A stretch of 64,000 nt of DNA. Origin: an uncultured Chloroflexia bacterium (lineage in GTDB: Bacteria > Chloroflexota > Chloroflexia > QHBQ01 > JADMIH01). The notes below the pieces were generated by a model that was not told the origin of the DNA, ran no database searches, and saw only the letters and a program-made list of their open reading frames with translations. Location of the stretch: NCBI GenBank assembly GCA_963797095.1, contig CAWCNY010000002.1:1306110-1370109 (forward strand), read 5' to 3'. Of the stretch, positions 21,882 through 31,431 are shown piece after piece (within the stretch, counting starts at the first letter, position 1; every line of letters starts with the position of its first letter). The position numbers and the translations under genes were made by a program.

Positions 21882-23426
21882 ATGTTCTACGGTGAAGGTA
21901 GCCCGGCGGACAGTACAGAAGATCGCCTTGTGGTAATTGGCTCAGGGGTGGCGGGCTTAGCCGCTGCGCTGGCAGCCGCCGAGCGTCGAATGCCTGTGCT
22001 TCTTGTGACTGCGGGCCAGCCGGTTGCGGGTTCAAGCTGGTGGGCGCAGGGCGGGATCGCCGCCGCCGTCGGTGACGACGATTCCCCGAATATCCATTAC
22101 GACGACACGCTGAGCGTGGGGGTTGAGCTAAACGACTGCGAGGCGGTGCATCTCCTCACCGAGGAAGGCCGCCGCCTGGTGACGGGGTTGCTGGACACCG
22201 GAGTGCCGTTCGATGGGACGGACCTGCACCCCGACCTCGGATTGGAAGCGGGCCATAGCCGCCGGCGCATCCTGCATGCGGGTGGAGGGGCTACTGGCGC
22301 TGTGCTGTCTGATGCCTTGCTGGACCGCGCAGTCCAGCACCGGCGCGTATCGGTGCTTCCCAACACTCCTGTTGATCGTCTGCTGACCGAGAACGGTCGA
22401 GTGGTGGGCGTTGGCAGCGGCGCAGCCGAGTATCGAGGTAATGCCGTGGTCCTGTGTACAGGGGGATACGCGGGCCTGTGGGGGCGCTCCACCAACCCAC
22501 GCGGCAACCAGGGGATCGGCGTCGCCCTCGCATGGCGGGCTGGTGCTTCGCTGGCCGATCTCGAATTCGTGCAGTTTCACCCCACCGCGCTCTCGCTGCC
22601 CGGTGCGCCCGCTTTCCTGCTGACCGAGGCCTTGCGCGGCGATGGCGCGCTGCTGGTGGATGCTACGGGCCACAAAATGGTGGACCCTTTGCTCCCACGC
22701 GATGTAGTGGCGCGTGCCATCGCCCGCCACCTGAAAGAGAAGGGTCCGGTCTACCTCACCATGCGCCATCTCGACCCTTCTGTGAGCGACCACTTCGCCT
22801 CGATCAAGAAGCAACTTAGCGAGTATGGCCTCCACCTGGCGCGCGACCTTATCCCGGTTGCTCCCGCTGCCCACTATTGCATGGGTGGCATCCGCACCGA
22901 CGTGGATGGACGCTCGACGCTGCCTGGCCTGTATGCTGCGGGCGAGGTCGCCTGCACAGGTGTGCAGGGAGCCAACCGGTTGGCCTCCAACTCATTGCTG
23001 GAATGCCTGGTGTTTGGCCGCCGCGCGGCGCTTGCCTCCCTTACCGATGAGGCTGATGCTCATGCGTCGTGGCCTACCGTTGCGCTTCCCACGGCCTTTG
23101 ACCTGGATGCAATCAAACTGATCGACCTTCCTCAAGAAGTTCTTGATACACACCTGGGTGAGCGCCTGGACAGCGAGCTGGGGGTAGAGCGCAACGGCCC
23201 TCAGATGGAAGCCTTGATCGCCCGGTTGCCCGATCCTGCATCTACAACAGCGGCTCCGGGCCATATCGTGGCTTCCCTGGTGGCCCGCGCTGCCCTCTTA
23301 CGCACCGAGAGCCGTGGCGGCCACTACCGCTCGGATTACCCCGAAACCAACCCTGAATGGCGCGGGCGCATCGTATGGAACCACGATACCAATCCCCAAT
23401 TCGAGGAGGTCCCACATTGCGACTAG
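21882..23426 (+). CDS. nadB: L-aspartate oxidase
   Basis: GSGVAGL, AQGGIAA, EAGHSRRRILH, QFHPT, AAHYCMGG, GANRLASNSLLE, ESRGGHYR. Confidence 0.95.
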   Translation: MFYGEGSPADSTEDRLVVIGSGVAGLAAALAAAERRMPVLLVTAGQPVAGSSWWAQGGIAAAVGDDDSPNIHYDDTLSVGVELNDCEAVHLLTEEGRRLVTGLLDTGVPFDGTDLHPDLGLEAGHSRRRILHAGGGATGAVLSDALLDRAVQHRRVSVLPNTPVDRLLTENGRVVGVGSGAAEYRGNAVVLCTGGYAGLWGRSTNPRGNQGIGVALAWRAGASLADLEFVQFHPTALSLPGAPAFLLTEALRGDGALLVDATGHKMVDPLLPRDVVARAIARHLKEKGPVYLTMRHLDPSVSDHFASIKKQLSEYGLHLARDLIPVAPAAHYCMGGIRTDVDGRSTLPGLYAAGEVACTGVQGANRLASNSLLECLVFGRRAALASLTDEADAHASWPTVALPTAFDLDAIKLIDLPQEVLDTHLGERLDSELGVERNGPQMEALIARLPDPASTTAAPGHIVASLVARAALLRTESRGGHYRSDYPETNPEWRGRIVWNHDTNPQFEEVPHCD

Positions 23427-24280
23427 ATCAAATCGAGCCGTTCGCCGCCCTGGGGTATAACGACGCCGTGGAAGCTATCATCCTGCTGGCCCTGTCGGAG
23501 GACATAGGCAGGGGAGACATTACGACCGAGTCTACAGTGCCAGCCGAGAACGAGGCCCGCGCGGTTATCCTCCAGAAGACCACCGGTGTGCTGTGTGGAT
23601 TGCCCGTAGTGCAGGCGGTTTTCGCGCTGCTCGACCCGCGTGTCATAGTCGAACCTCTTGCCGACGAAGGCTCCAGGGGCGACCGCCGAGAGGTAGCTCG
23701 CATCACCGGCCCCGCGAGGGCCATCCTGACGGGCGAGCGCACGGCCCTCAACTTTTTACAGCGTTTATCGGGCGTGGCTACCATGAGCCGCCGGGCAAGA
23801 GAAGCAGTGGAAGGCACGAAGGCCACGGTGTTGGACACGCGCAAGACGACCCCAGGCCATCGCGCCCTCGAAAAGTATGCCGTGCGCGTGGGTGGCTCTC
23901 GCAACCACCGGGCCGGGTTGGACGACGCGGTCCTTATCAAGGATAATCACATTCGCGCCGCTGGGGGAATACGCGCCGCCGTTGAAGGGGTGCGTAAGCG
24001 TGTTGGTCCTGCCCAGAAGATCGAGGTGGAGGTGACCAACCGCACGGAGCTTGATCAAGCCCTGGCCGCACGTGCCGAGATCATCATGCTGGACAACTAC
24101 GAAATAGACGCTATGCGCGAACAGGTCCGGTATGTGGCGGGCCGCGCCAAGCTCGAAGCGAGCGGCGGAATCACCCTTGCTAACCTCACCGATATCGCCC
24201 GCACAGGCGTCGATTACATATCACTTGGGGCGCTGACCCATTCGGCAGGCTCCCTCGATTTCTCATTGGAGATAGTTTGA
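23417..24280 (+). CDS. nadC: Nicotinate-nucleotide diphosphorylase (quinolinate phosphoribosyltransferase)
   Basis: EDIGRGDITT, GERTALNF, DTRKTTPG, LIKDNH, IMLDN, EASGG. TTG start after GAGGAGG. Confidence 0.95.
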   Translation: MRLDQIEPFAALGYNDAVEAIILLALSEDIGRGDITTESTVPAENEARAVILQKTTGVLCGLPVVQAVFALLDPRVIVEPLADEGSRGDRREVARITGPARAILTGERTALNFLQRLSGVATMSRRAREAVEGTKATVLDTRKTTPGHRALEKYAVRVGGSRNHRAGLDDAVLIKDNHIRAAGGIRAAVEGVRKRVGPAQKIEVEVTNRTELDQALAARAEIIMLDNYEIDAMREQVRYVAGRAKLEASGGITLANLTDIARTGVDYISLGALTHSAGSLDFSLEIV

Positions 24281-25326
24281 TGGCAAATACAGAGACTTCA
24301 ACAAAGACTGAAACACGCAAACCTATGCACCCCGCGCTGATGCGCTTCTTCCAGCAGGACCCTGAGGAAGTCACGCGGCTTCAAGAAGAAGTTCGCCAAC
24401 TTGCCAGAGAGCGGCAGGCGGTCATCATGGCGCACAACTACCAGGTGCCCGAAGTGCAGGACGTGGCCGACTTCGTGGGCGACTCGCTGGGGCTGGCTAT
24501 TGAGGCCTCCAAGACCACTTCACCTGTGATCGTGCTGTGCGGCGTGTACTTCATGGCCGAGACCGCCAAGCTCCTCAACCCCAATCGCACCGTGATCATC
24601 CCCGACGAGACGGCGGGCTGCTCGCTTGCCGACTCCATTACGGTCGCGCAATTGCGCGAGTGGAAAGCGCAGCACCCTGGGGCCGTGGTGGTCAGCTATG
24701 TCAATACTACCGCCGATATCAAGGCTGAGACGGATATCTGCGTGACGAGCGGCAATGCCCAGGCGATTATTCGCTCCGTGCCCGAAGAGAAGACGATCCT
24801 GTTCCTTCCCGATATGTACTTGGGGACCTGGCTCAGGAATTCGCTGAACCGCGAGAACATGATCATATGGGCGGGCGAGTGCCACGTGCACGCGGGCATA
24901 CGCACGAGCGAGATCTACGAGATGATGGCCCAGTACCCGGATGCCGACCTGCTGATCCATCCTGAGTGCGGCTGCACCAGCCGTTTTGTGCTGGCCCACG
25001 AGCAGGGCAAACTCCCTGAGAACACCTTCGTGCTCTCGACTGAGGGGATGATCAAGCACGCCCACAGCGCGCCCAACAAGACCCACCTTGTAGCCACCGA
25101 AACGGGCATCTTGCATCGCCTGGAGAAAGAGAACCCCGACCGCACCTTCGTGCCCGCCGACCGGGCTGCCGTCTGCCGCTACATGAAGCAAATCACGATT
25201 GAGAAACTGCGCAATTCGTTGCGAGATATGCAGCCGCAAGTAGAGGTGCCAGCCGAGATCGCGGATAAGGCGAGGTTGTCAATCGAGCGAATGCTGGCTG
25301 TGCCGGGAAATATCAAGAAGGATTGA
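24280..25326 (+). CDS. nadA: Quinolinate synthase
   Basis: AHNYQ, GDSL, CGVYFMAE, AGCSLA, YVNT, CHVH, HPEC, CRYMK. Confidence 0.96.
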   Translation: MANTETSTKTETRKPMHPALMRFFQQDPEEVTRLQEEVRQLARERQAVIMAHNYQVPEVQDVADFVGDSLGLAIEASKTTSPVIVLCGVYFMAETAKLLNPNRTVIIPDETAGCSLADSITVAQLREWKAQHPGAVVVSYVNTTADIKAETDICVTSGNAQAIIRSVPEEKTILFLPDMYLGTWLRNSLNRENMIIWAGECHVHAGIRTSEIYEMMAQYPDADLLIHPECGCTSRFVLAHEQGKLPENTFVLSTEGMIKHAHSAPNKTHLVATETGILHRLEKENPDRTFVPADRAAVCRYMKQITIEKLRNSLRDMQPQVEVPAEIADKARLSIERMLAVPGNIKKD

Positions 25327-25403
25327 AATAATCCATAGGCGATGTCACCCTTTTGTGCGACGCTTCTTGCAAGCGCTTTTGTAGTATCCTGTGGGCAAAC
25401 GCA

Positions 25404-25735
25404 GTGAAGTACCCCATGAGTAAACTCGGGGGCTTCTACGCTTCGATTGCTCTAGGCGTTGGGCACTTCCTGCCAATTGGTTTGCACTATGAGAGACGCT
25501 CGATATGTTTTACTCAACACGAGAATTCGGTGCTGAAACCCTCTACATATCCTACTGTCGAAGTGCGGGCTACGACCCGAAGGCAGTAGCAACGAGTAGC
25601 GATGGTTAGCTGACCCGTCATAGGTTATACCACTGTGGAGGGCTTTATGCTGAGGCTTTCAACCAACCTACTACGTAGAAGCGCTGTATCCCCGTGCCTA
25701 TAGGCAGGGGTCTTAGCCGCTATGAAAGGTGATAA
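25404..25735. mobile_element. Putative non-autonomous IS200/IS605-family derivative (two subterminal hairpins, no protein)
   Basis: Two related same-orientation hairpins, CCCCATGAGTAAACTCGGGGGCTT (25412-25435) and CCCCGTGCCTATAGGCAGGGGTCTT (25690-25714). Left boundary GTGAAGTA. No ORF of transposase size. Confidence 0.55.
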
Positions 25736-25767
25736 AGCATGGCCGCGGAAACAGGAGGGTGAAAAGC

Positions 25768-26307
25768 ATGTCGTTATGGACGCTTCTGATCGTGATTTGT
25801 CTGTCAGGTGCAATAGGTGGGCTGGTTAACGCTATCCTCGTTGAGGATGGGTTTCATCTTCCCGATATGTCCAATGGGATCCTAAGGCCGGGGTTCCTGG
25901 GCAACATCATCACGGGCGCGGCGGCTGCCGGTGCATCGTGGGGCCTATATGGTCCGTTCAGTTCGGCCTCTATACTTGGACCACAGCCGGCAGGAACTCT
26001 GGCTGACACCTTCAATATGTCGCTTGCGGCTCTGATCGGGGCTTTCTTCGTCGGAATGGGTGGGGCGCGCTGGCTGACGAGCGAAGTTGACAGAAAGCTC
26101 GAAAAGGCCACCAATAACACGCTCACCACAGCCCTGGCTTCTAGCCCGCAGGTGCCTGTGGTATCAGCGAGTTTGGCCGATAGCATGCAAAGCGCATCTT
26201 CCGCAGGACGGTTGGAGATCGCAAAGAAGTTCGCGGCAGATATCGCAGACCCTGGAGTTTCCGGAGCGCATAGTGCGCCGCAACCCGCGCCGGGAGGCCA
26301 TAGTTAA
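25768..26307 (+). CDS. Small membrane protein (DUF4257-like)
   Basis: Three hydrophobic segments, SGAIGGLVNA...PGFLGNIITGAAAA; RBS AGGAGG. The family call is from memory. Confidence 0.6.
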   Translation: MSLWTLLIVICLSGAIGGLVNAILVEDGFHLPDMSNGILRPGFLGNIITGAAAAGASWGLYGPFSSASILGPQPAGTLADTFNMSLAALIGAFFVGMGGARWLTSEVDRKLEKATNNTLTTALASSPQVPVVSASLADSMQSASSAGRLEIAKKFAADIADPGVSGAHSAPQPAPGGHS

Positions 26308-26393
26308 AAGTACCTGTTAGCCGTTTCTTTCAATCGCTGGCATCACTGTTGATTCCAAAATCGCGCCGGTAGTTGTGTTCCTGTGTGCCATGC

Positions 26394-27215
26394 TTAGAGG
26401 CCCCTTGTTGCAAGCATCTCTTTAGCAGGGGTTCTATCACCTGTACATGAAATCATACGAGGTGCATCAAGGATCGTGATTTCAAACTCCAGCTCCCTGT
26501 AAAGGGTGAGAATTCGTTCTGTAGCCTGATTCGAAGCAACAAGCGGACTAGTTTGTTGCGCGAGCCAGCTTGCGAGCCGGACCTGGTCGTCCCAGGAAAA
26601 GCCGCCGGAACTGTACGTAGTAAATTCAACGTCATAGGGTGGATCAGCGTAAATGAAATCGGTTGGCTCGATCCTGATGTCGCTGAAATCGCCAAAATCC
26701 AGCTTCCAATGGGCTACTACTGCTTTGTATGCAGCGAAATCTCGTGTATAGGTAATCGTTTTGTATCTTCCAAACGGAACATTGAACTCTCCCCTATTGT
26801 TGAATCTGCATAGGCCATTGAACCCGGTTCTGTTCAAATAGTAAAAGAGGGAGGCAGCTTCTTGACTCTCCCCCTCTCCCTCGCGGATCAACTGATTGAA
26901 ACGGTTCCTCTGCCGGTAGTACACCTCCTGGTCGTTCTCCATTTCAATATCTGCGACCAGACCATGCTTAAGCCACCTGTAGAAATTAATCAGGTGCGGG
27001 TTTGTATCATTCAAGAGCGCATTTTCGGGACGCAGCCCCAGCGTGACTGCCATCCCGCCAACAAAAGGCTCCACAAGTCGCCGGTGTTCATGTGTGTTCC
27101 AGGCAGCATGAAGATGGGGCACGAGCCATCTCTTGCCCCCGGCCCACTTCAGTGGTGGGGGTAGCGCTGCGCTTTGAGTTGCTACGGGCGAGGATTGTCG
27201 CGAAATGGCTTGCAT
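26394..27215 (-). CDS. DNA adenine methyltransferase, Dam/D12 class
   Basis: LKWAGGK, EPFVGG, YLNRTGFNGL, NVPFG, DPPY. Confidence 0.92.
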   Translation of the reverse strand: MQAISRQSSPVATQSAALPPPLKWAGGKRWLVPHLHAAWNTHEHRRLVEPFVGGMAVTLGLRPENALLNDTNPHLINFYRWLKHGLVADIEMENDQEVYYRQRNRFNQLIREGEGESQEAASLFYYLNRTGFNGLCRFNNRGEFNVPFGRYKTITYTRDFAAYKAVVAHWKLDFGDFSDIRIEPTDFIYADPPYDVEFTTYSSGGFSWDDQVRLASWLAQQTSPLVASNQATERILTLYRELEFEITILDAPRMISCTGDRTPAKEMLATRGL

Positions 27216-27365
27216 AACTTTCTCACTTCCTGTCTAATAGAGATTATATCATTCCTGCCCCTGCGGATTACGCCCTCATGAAAGGAACGCCGGCGGTCTA
27301 TCTGGGGTATGCTTATTGCTGATCAGTTCCGCAACCCTCCCACCCCTACTACTATTGCGAGGTTT

Positions 27366-29126
27366 ATGATGCGCACGATTCGATTGCTCCTGACCGCTAC
27401 TTTCCTGCTGCTCCTCGTTGCTTTTCCTACCGCTGCCGCTCCTGTCGCCCAAAGTGACGATGTGCCGGGTGGAGTCCCGCCTATGGAAGACCTGCCCCCA
27501 GGCGTGTATGTGGAGACCGTTCTGGAAGGGATGCATGTTCCCATCGCGATGGTGTTCGACCCTTCGGGTAGGCTCTTCTATACCGAGAAGGACGGCCAGG
27601 TGCGCCTTTTTGCCAACGGCAAGCTCCAGGACGCGCCCGTGATGCAATTCAAGGTCAACAGCGAGGGTGAGCGCGGACTGCTTGGCATTACGCTCAACCC
27701 CGACTTCGCGAACAACCACTATGTGTACGTCTATTACACTTGCGACGTGGGTGACGGCTGCGAAACTCTCCAGAACCAGGTAGTGCGCTTTACCGAGCAC
27801 GACGGCATAGGCTCCGATCCCACTACGATCTTCGTTTCAAAGCAGAGTGCGCCCAACCATGTTGGAGGCAACATCCACTTCGGGCCGGATGGGATGCTTT
27901 ACATATCCATCGGTGAGAATGCCGACCCTCCGAACTCGCAAAACCTGAAGGCAACCCAGGGCAAGATCCACAGGATCAACCCGGATGGCTCGACCCCGCC
28001 CGACAACCCCAACTTCGACGAGCCGGGGGCGCTCCCCTCGATTTATGCTTATGGGGTGCGCAATAGTTTCGATTTCACTTTCGATCCTCTGGTGAAAGGA
28101 CGTATCTTCGCCAGCGAGAACGGCCCAGGCTGCGACGACGAAATGAACCGCATCGAAGCAGGCTATAACTACGGCTGGCGGGCAAATTACCCTTGCGATG
28201 ACCCACACCCCGACTCGGATTACAACAATATCAATCCGTTGTGGTATGCAGGCGACGATTGCTGTGTAGCTCCCACCGGGATCGTAGTGTACAACGGCGA
28301 CAGTATCCCGCAGTGGAAGGGGCAGGTGTTCATGGCGGTTTACGTCGGCAATATGTATCACTTCACGCTCAACGGTGACCGCACACTTGTTACCTCGGCA
28401 GGCACCCTGCGCGACATCACGGCCAATCTGGACGTAGAAAACGGTCCCGACGGTGCGCTCTGGTATATAGAAGGCGGGGGCTACAGCGATGGCACTCTAA
28501 AGCGGCTTGTGGGGCAGGGCCGGCCCAGTCCTACGGCAACACCCCAACCTGGCGGCCCGCTGACTATTCCGGGTAGCGGCAGCCGCACTTTCCCGGAAAC
28601 CGGAAAGACGGTGACCGGTATCTTCCTCGACTACTGGGACCAGCATGGCGGCCTCGCGCAGCAAGGGTTCCCGATCTCTGACCTGCTGACCGAAGTATCC
28701 GACCTTGACGGCAAGCCCTATACCATGCAGTACTTCGAGCGAGCCGTCTTCGAATATCACCCTGAGAACGATCCGCCTAACAATGTGCTATTGTCGCAAT
28801 TAGGCACTTTCGCGTACAAGGCAAAGTACCCGGATGGCGCGCCCAGCCAGCAGCCAAACACAAGCGAAGGCTCGCAGCTATTCAGCGACACGGGTAAGCG
28901 GGTTGGAGGGAAGTTCCTCGACTACTGGCAGCAACATGGCGGCCTGGCCCAGCAGGGGCTTCCGATCTCGGACGAATTTACCGAGAAATCGGACCTCAAC
29001 GGTAAAACATATACAGTCCAGTATTTCGAGAGGGCCGTCTTCGAGCTACACCCGGAGAACCAACCTCCCTACGATGTGCTCCTGAGCCAGTTGGGCACGT
29101 TTCGGTACCGGGATAAGTACAAGTGA
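27366..29126 (+). CDS. Secreted PQQ-dependent sugar dehydrogenase (GSDH beta-propeller) with two C-terminal YFERA-type repeats
   Basis: Signal peptide; GERGLLGI, NHVGGNIHFGPDG, YGVRN, YNYGW; 2x FLDYW..HGGLAQQG.PIS...QYFERAVFE. Confidence 0.88.
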   Translation: MMRTIRLLLTATFLLLLVAFPTAAAPVAQSDDVPGGVPPMEDLPPGVYVETVLEGMHVPIAMVFDPSGRLFYTEKDGQVRLFANGKLQDAPVMQFKVNSEGERGLLGITLNPDFANNHYVYVYYTCDVGDGCETLQNQVVRFTEHDGIGSDPTTIFVSKQSAPNHVGGNIHFGPDGMLYISIGENADPPNSQNLKATQGKIHRINPDGSTPPDNPNFDEPGALPSIYAYGVRNSFDFTFDPLVKGRIFASENGPGCDDEMNRIEAGYNYGWRANYPCDDPHPDSDYNNINPLWYAGDDCCVAPTGIVVYNGDSIPQWKGQVFMAVYVGNMYHFTLNGDRTLVTSAGTLRDITANLDVENGPDGALWYIEGGGYSDGTLKRLVGQGRPSPTATPQPGGPLTIPGSGSRTFPETGKTVTGIFLDYWDQHGGLAQQGFPISDLLTEVSDLDGKPYTMQYFERAVFEYHPENDPPNNVLLSQLGTFAYKAKYPDGAPSQQPNTSEGSQLFSDTGKRVGGKFLDYWQQHGGLAQQGLPISDEFTEKSDLNGKTYTVQYFERAVFELHPENQPPYDVLLSQLGTFRYRDKYK

Positions 29127-30118
29127 CGAGTGACGAGTGACGAGTACTGCTTATTTACGCGTCACTCGTCACTCGTCACTCGTCACTCATGAGCATTCTT
29201 CTCAATGAAGTCCAGGATTCGTTGGGTGAAGTCGGAGCCGTATTCGGTGAGGAAAAGGCCGGTGGCGTGGACTGTGCCAGGGTAGAGGTGCTGTTCTTTT
29301 GGCTCAGGCATCTTATCATAGAATGCCTGGATCTCGCTTGCACCCGGTTCATCCTGTGCTGAGAGGAATAGCTTGGGGATGTCAAGCGTTTGCAGTTGCT
29401 CGTCGGACGTGCCCATTCCCTCTATATTCTGGCCCGAAGCCAGGATCACCAGCGCTTCGGCCTTTGTTTTGGTGGCTTGAATGGCCGAGATTGTGCCGCC
29501 GCAACTGCCGCCGACCAGTACCAGTTTGTCTGCTCCCCGGCTTTGCACGTATTGGACCGCCGCAGCTATATCAAGCTCCAGGTCGGTGACCGTGAATGTC
29601 CCCTCCGATAAGCCGAAGCCCCTGTAATAATAGGAGAGGACCGTGTATCCCTGGTTCTTCAGTTTGAGCGCAAGATCGATCCAATCGTCTTTGCCGTCTT
29701 TCGAGCAGATGGCTGATAGCACTACGGCTGTCTTGCCGCTGCCATATAGGGACCCCGACAGTTTCACACCATCCTCGGTCGTAAAATCGACCGTTTCACC
29801 CGCTCGCTCCTGCTTGCGGAGGGTGCCTAGCTGGCTCAAAAGCACATCGTAGGGAGGTTGGTTCTCCGGGTGTAGCTCGAATACAGCCCTTTCAAAGTAC
29901 TGTACCCTGTATTCTTTGCCGTCCAGGGCTGACTTCTCCATGAACTCGTCAGAGATAGGATAACCTTGTTGGGCCAGGCCGCCATGTTGCTGCCAGTAGT
30001 CGAGGAACTTCCCTCCAACCCGCTTACCCGTGTCGCTGAATAGCTGCGAGCCTTCGCTTGTGTTTGGCTGCTGGCTGGGCGCGCCATCCGGGTACTTTGC
30101 CTTGTACGCGAAAGTGCC
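28803..30118. repeat. Perfect 149-bp inverted repeat (28803-28951 / 29970-30118) plus a 41-bp inverted repeat (29040-29080 / 29841-29881)
   Basis: Base-by-base comparison of the two convergent genes; both copies encode GTFAYKAKYPDGAPSQQPNTSEGSQLFSDTGKRVGGKFLDYWQQHGGLA. Confidence 0.92.
29122..29188. repeat. Inverted heptamer arrays (AGTGACG)x3 / (GTCACTC)x4, probably a bidirectional terminator hairpin
   Basis: Located between the convergent stops at 29126 and 29183; the two arrays are complementary. Confidence 0.75.
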
Positions 30119-30442
30119 GAGCAAGGATAGCAGGATATTGTCAGGTGGCTCGTTTTCGGAATGTAGCTCGAATACAGCCCTCTCGAAGTACTGGACTGTG
30201 TATACTTTTCCATCCGTGGGGCTGATCTCCTGTATTTGAGTAGTGATCGGATAGCCCTGCTGGGCCAGGCCTCCGTGGGCGGTCCAATAGTCGAGGAAAT
30301 CGAAGCACACTTTGATCCCGGTCGCCTCGAAAGTGGAGCAACCTGATTGTGCTGCCGCAGGGCGTGATGTTATGCTCGTCCAACCGAACGCCGTTAGCAT
30401 CATCAGCGTCAACCCCCACCTGTATGCTCTCTTGCATGCCAT
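29183..30442 (-). CDS. Secreted protein: two YFERA-type repeats plus an alpha/beta hydrolase domain
   Basis: Signal peptide, repeats, then FTTEDGVKLSG, YRGFG, GGSCGG, PKLF, VH. Confidence 0.85.
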   Translation of the reverse strand: MACKRAYRWGLTLMMLTAFGWTSITSRPAAAQSGCSTFEATGIKVCFDFLDYWTAHGGLAQQGYPITTQIQEISPTDGKVYTVQYFERAVFELHSENEPPDNILLSLLGTFAYKAKYPDGAPSQQPNTSEGSQLFSDTGKRVGGKFLDYWQQHGGLAQQGYPISDEFMEKSALDGKEYRVQYFERAVFELHPENQPPYDVLLSQLGTLRKQERAGETVDFTTEDGVKLSGSLYGSGKTAVVLSAICSKDGKDDWIDLALKLKNQGYTVLSYYYRGFGLSEGTFTVTDLELDIAAAVQYVQSRGADKLVLVGGSCGGTISAIQATKTKAEALVILASGQNIEGMGTSDEQLQTLDIPKLFLSAQDEPGASEIQAFYDKMPEPKEQHLYPGTVHATGLFLTEYGSDFTQRILDFIEKNAHE

Positions 30443-30586
30443 CCCTATCCTCCCTTTCCCTTGCTAACCCATCAATCTCGCTTCCCTTCTTGCATCTTGT
30501 ACACCCATTGGCCCCCTTTAGTTCCCCCTCGGTGTATACTGTATGAGAGGCATTTGAGCGCCCTTTGCCGACCTTTCAGAAAGGAA

Positions 30587-31393
30587 ATGATAATAGATAC
30601 GCGCACTTTGATCTTCGACCCCCCGGAGGCGGCTCACCCTTTAATGCCCGGCGCAGAACCTTTCCTCTACACGGCGGGGGATGTTGCCTGCTTGCTTATC
30701 CATGGCTTCACCTCTTCCCCTTATGAGATGCGCGAGCCTGCCCGATACCTTGCCGAACGCGGCATCACGGCGGGGGCGTGCCTCCTCGCCGGGCACGGTA
30801 CGGCCCCCGAAGACCTGCAAGGCAAGACCTGGCACCACTGGTATGCCTCGGTCAGCAGCGCGCTCGATCTGCTTCTGGCTAATTACAGGCGAGTCTACGT
30901 GGCGGGGTTGTCGCTTGGCGGCGCGCTTACCCTCTACGCCGCCTCGCAGTATAGCGATAGGCTGGCAGGCATTGTCGTCATGTCTGCGCCCGTCTATCTT
31001 CCGACGGGCGTGGCCTATATCTTGCGAGGTATCCAGGCGTCGTTCCCGTTCCTCACAAAGCCCTACCGCGACATCGAGGACCAAACGGCGCGTGACCACC
31101 ATGTCGGCTATGTGCGCTCGCCCGTAGATGCTACCGCATCTCTGATAGATTTTCTGGAACATGTGCGCTCAGGTCTGCCGCGCATTCACGTACCCGCCCT
31201 CATTATCTATTCCCGCCACGACCACGTCGTCCCCAGCGTCAGCTCGCACTACATCTACTCTCGCCTTGGCTCCCACGATAAGCGGATGCTCGCCCTCCAC
31301 AGGGGCTATCACATCGTCACTGTAGACTATGATAAACAGAAAGTGTTCGAGGCGATTTACGATTTCATCTCACGAATTGAGAAGGTAGTTTGA
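30587..31393 (+). CDS. Carboxylesterase / monoacylglycerol lipase-like alpha/beta hydrolase
   Basis: LIHGFTSSP, GHGT, GLSLGG, DHVV, YH. Confidence 0.88.
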   Translation: MIIDTRTLIFDPPEAAHPLMPGAEPFLYTAGDVACLLIHGFTSSPYEMREPARYLAERGITAGACLLAGHGTAPEDLQGKTWHHWYASVSSALDLLLANYRRVYVAGLSLGGALTLYAASQYSDRLAGIVVMSAPVYLPTGVAYILRGIQASFPFLTKPYRDIEDQTARDHHVGYVRSPVDATASLIDFLEHVRSGLPRIHVPALIIYSRHDHVVPSVSSHYIYSRLGSHDKRMLALHRGYHIVTVDYDKQKVFEAIYDFISRIEKVV

Positions 31394-31431
31394 GGTTGGA
31401 AGTTCGAACCTCAAGCTTCCCGGAGGTATAA

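Noticed and set aside
25455-25490. TTGGGCACTT...TGCAC as a c-di-GMP-II riboswitch
   Set aside because: Only a short motif matches; the other conserved elements are absent, and it lies within the IS-like element.
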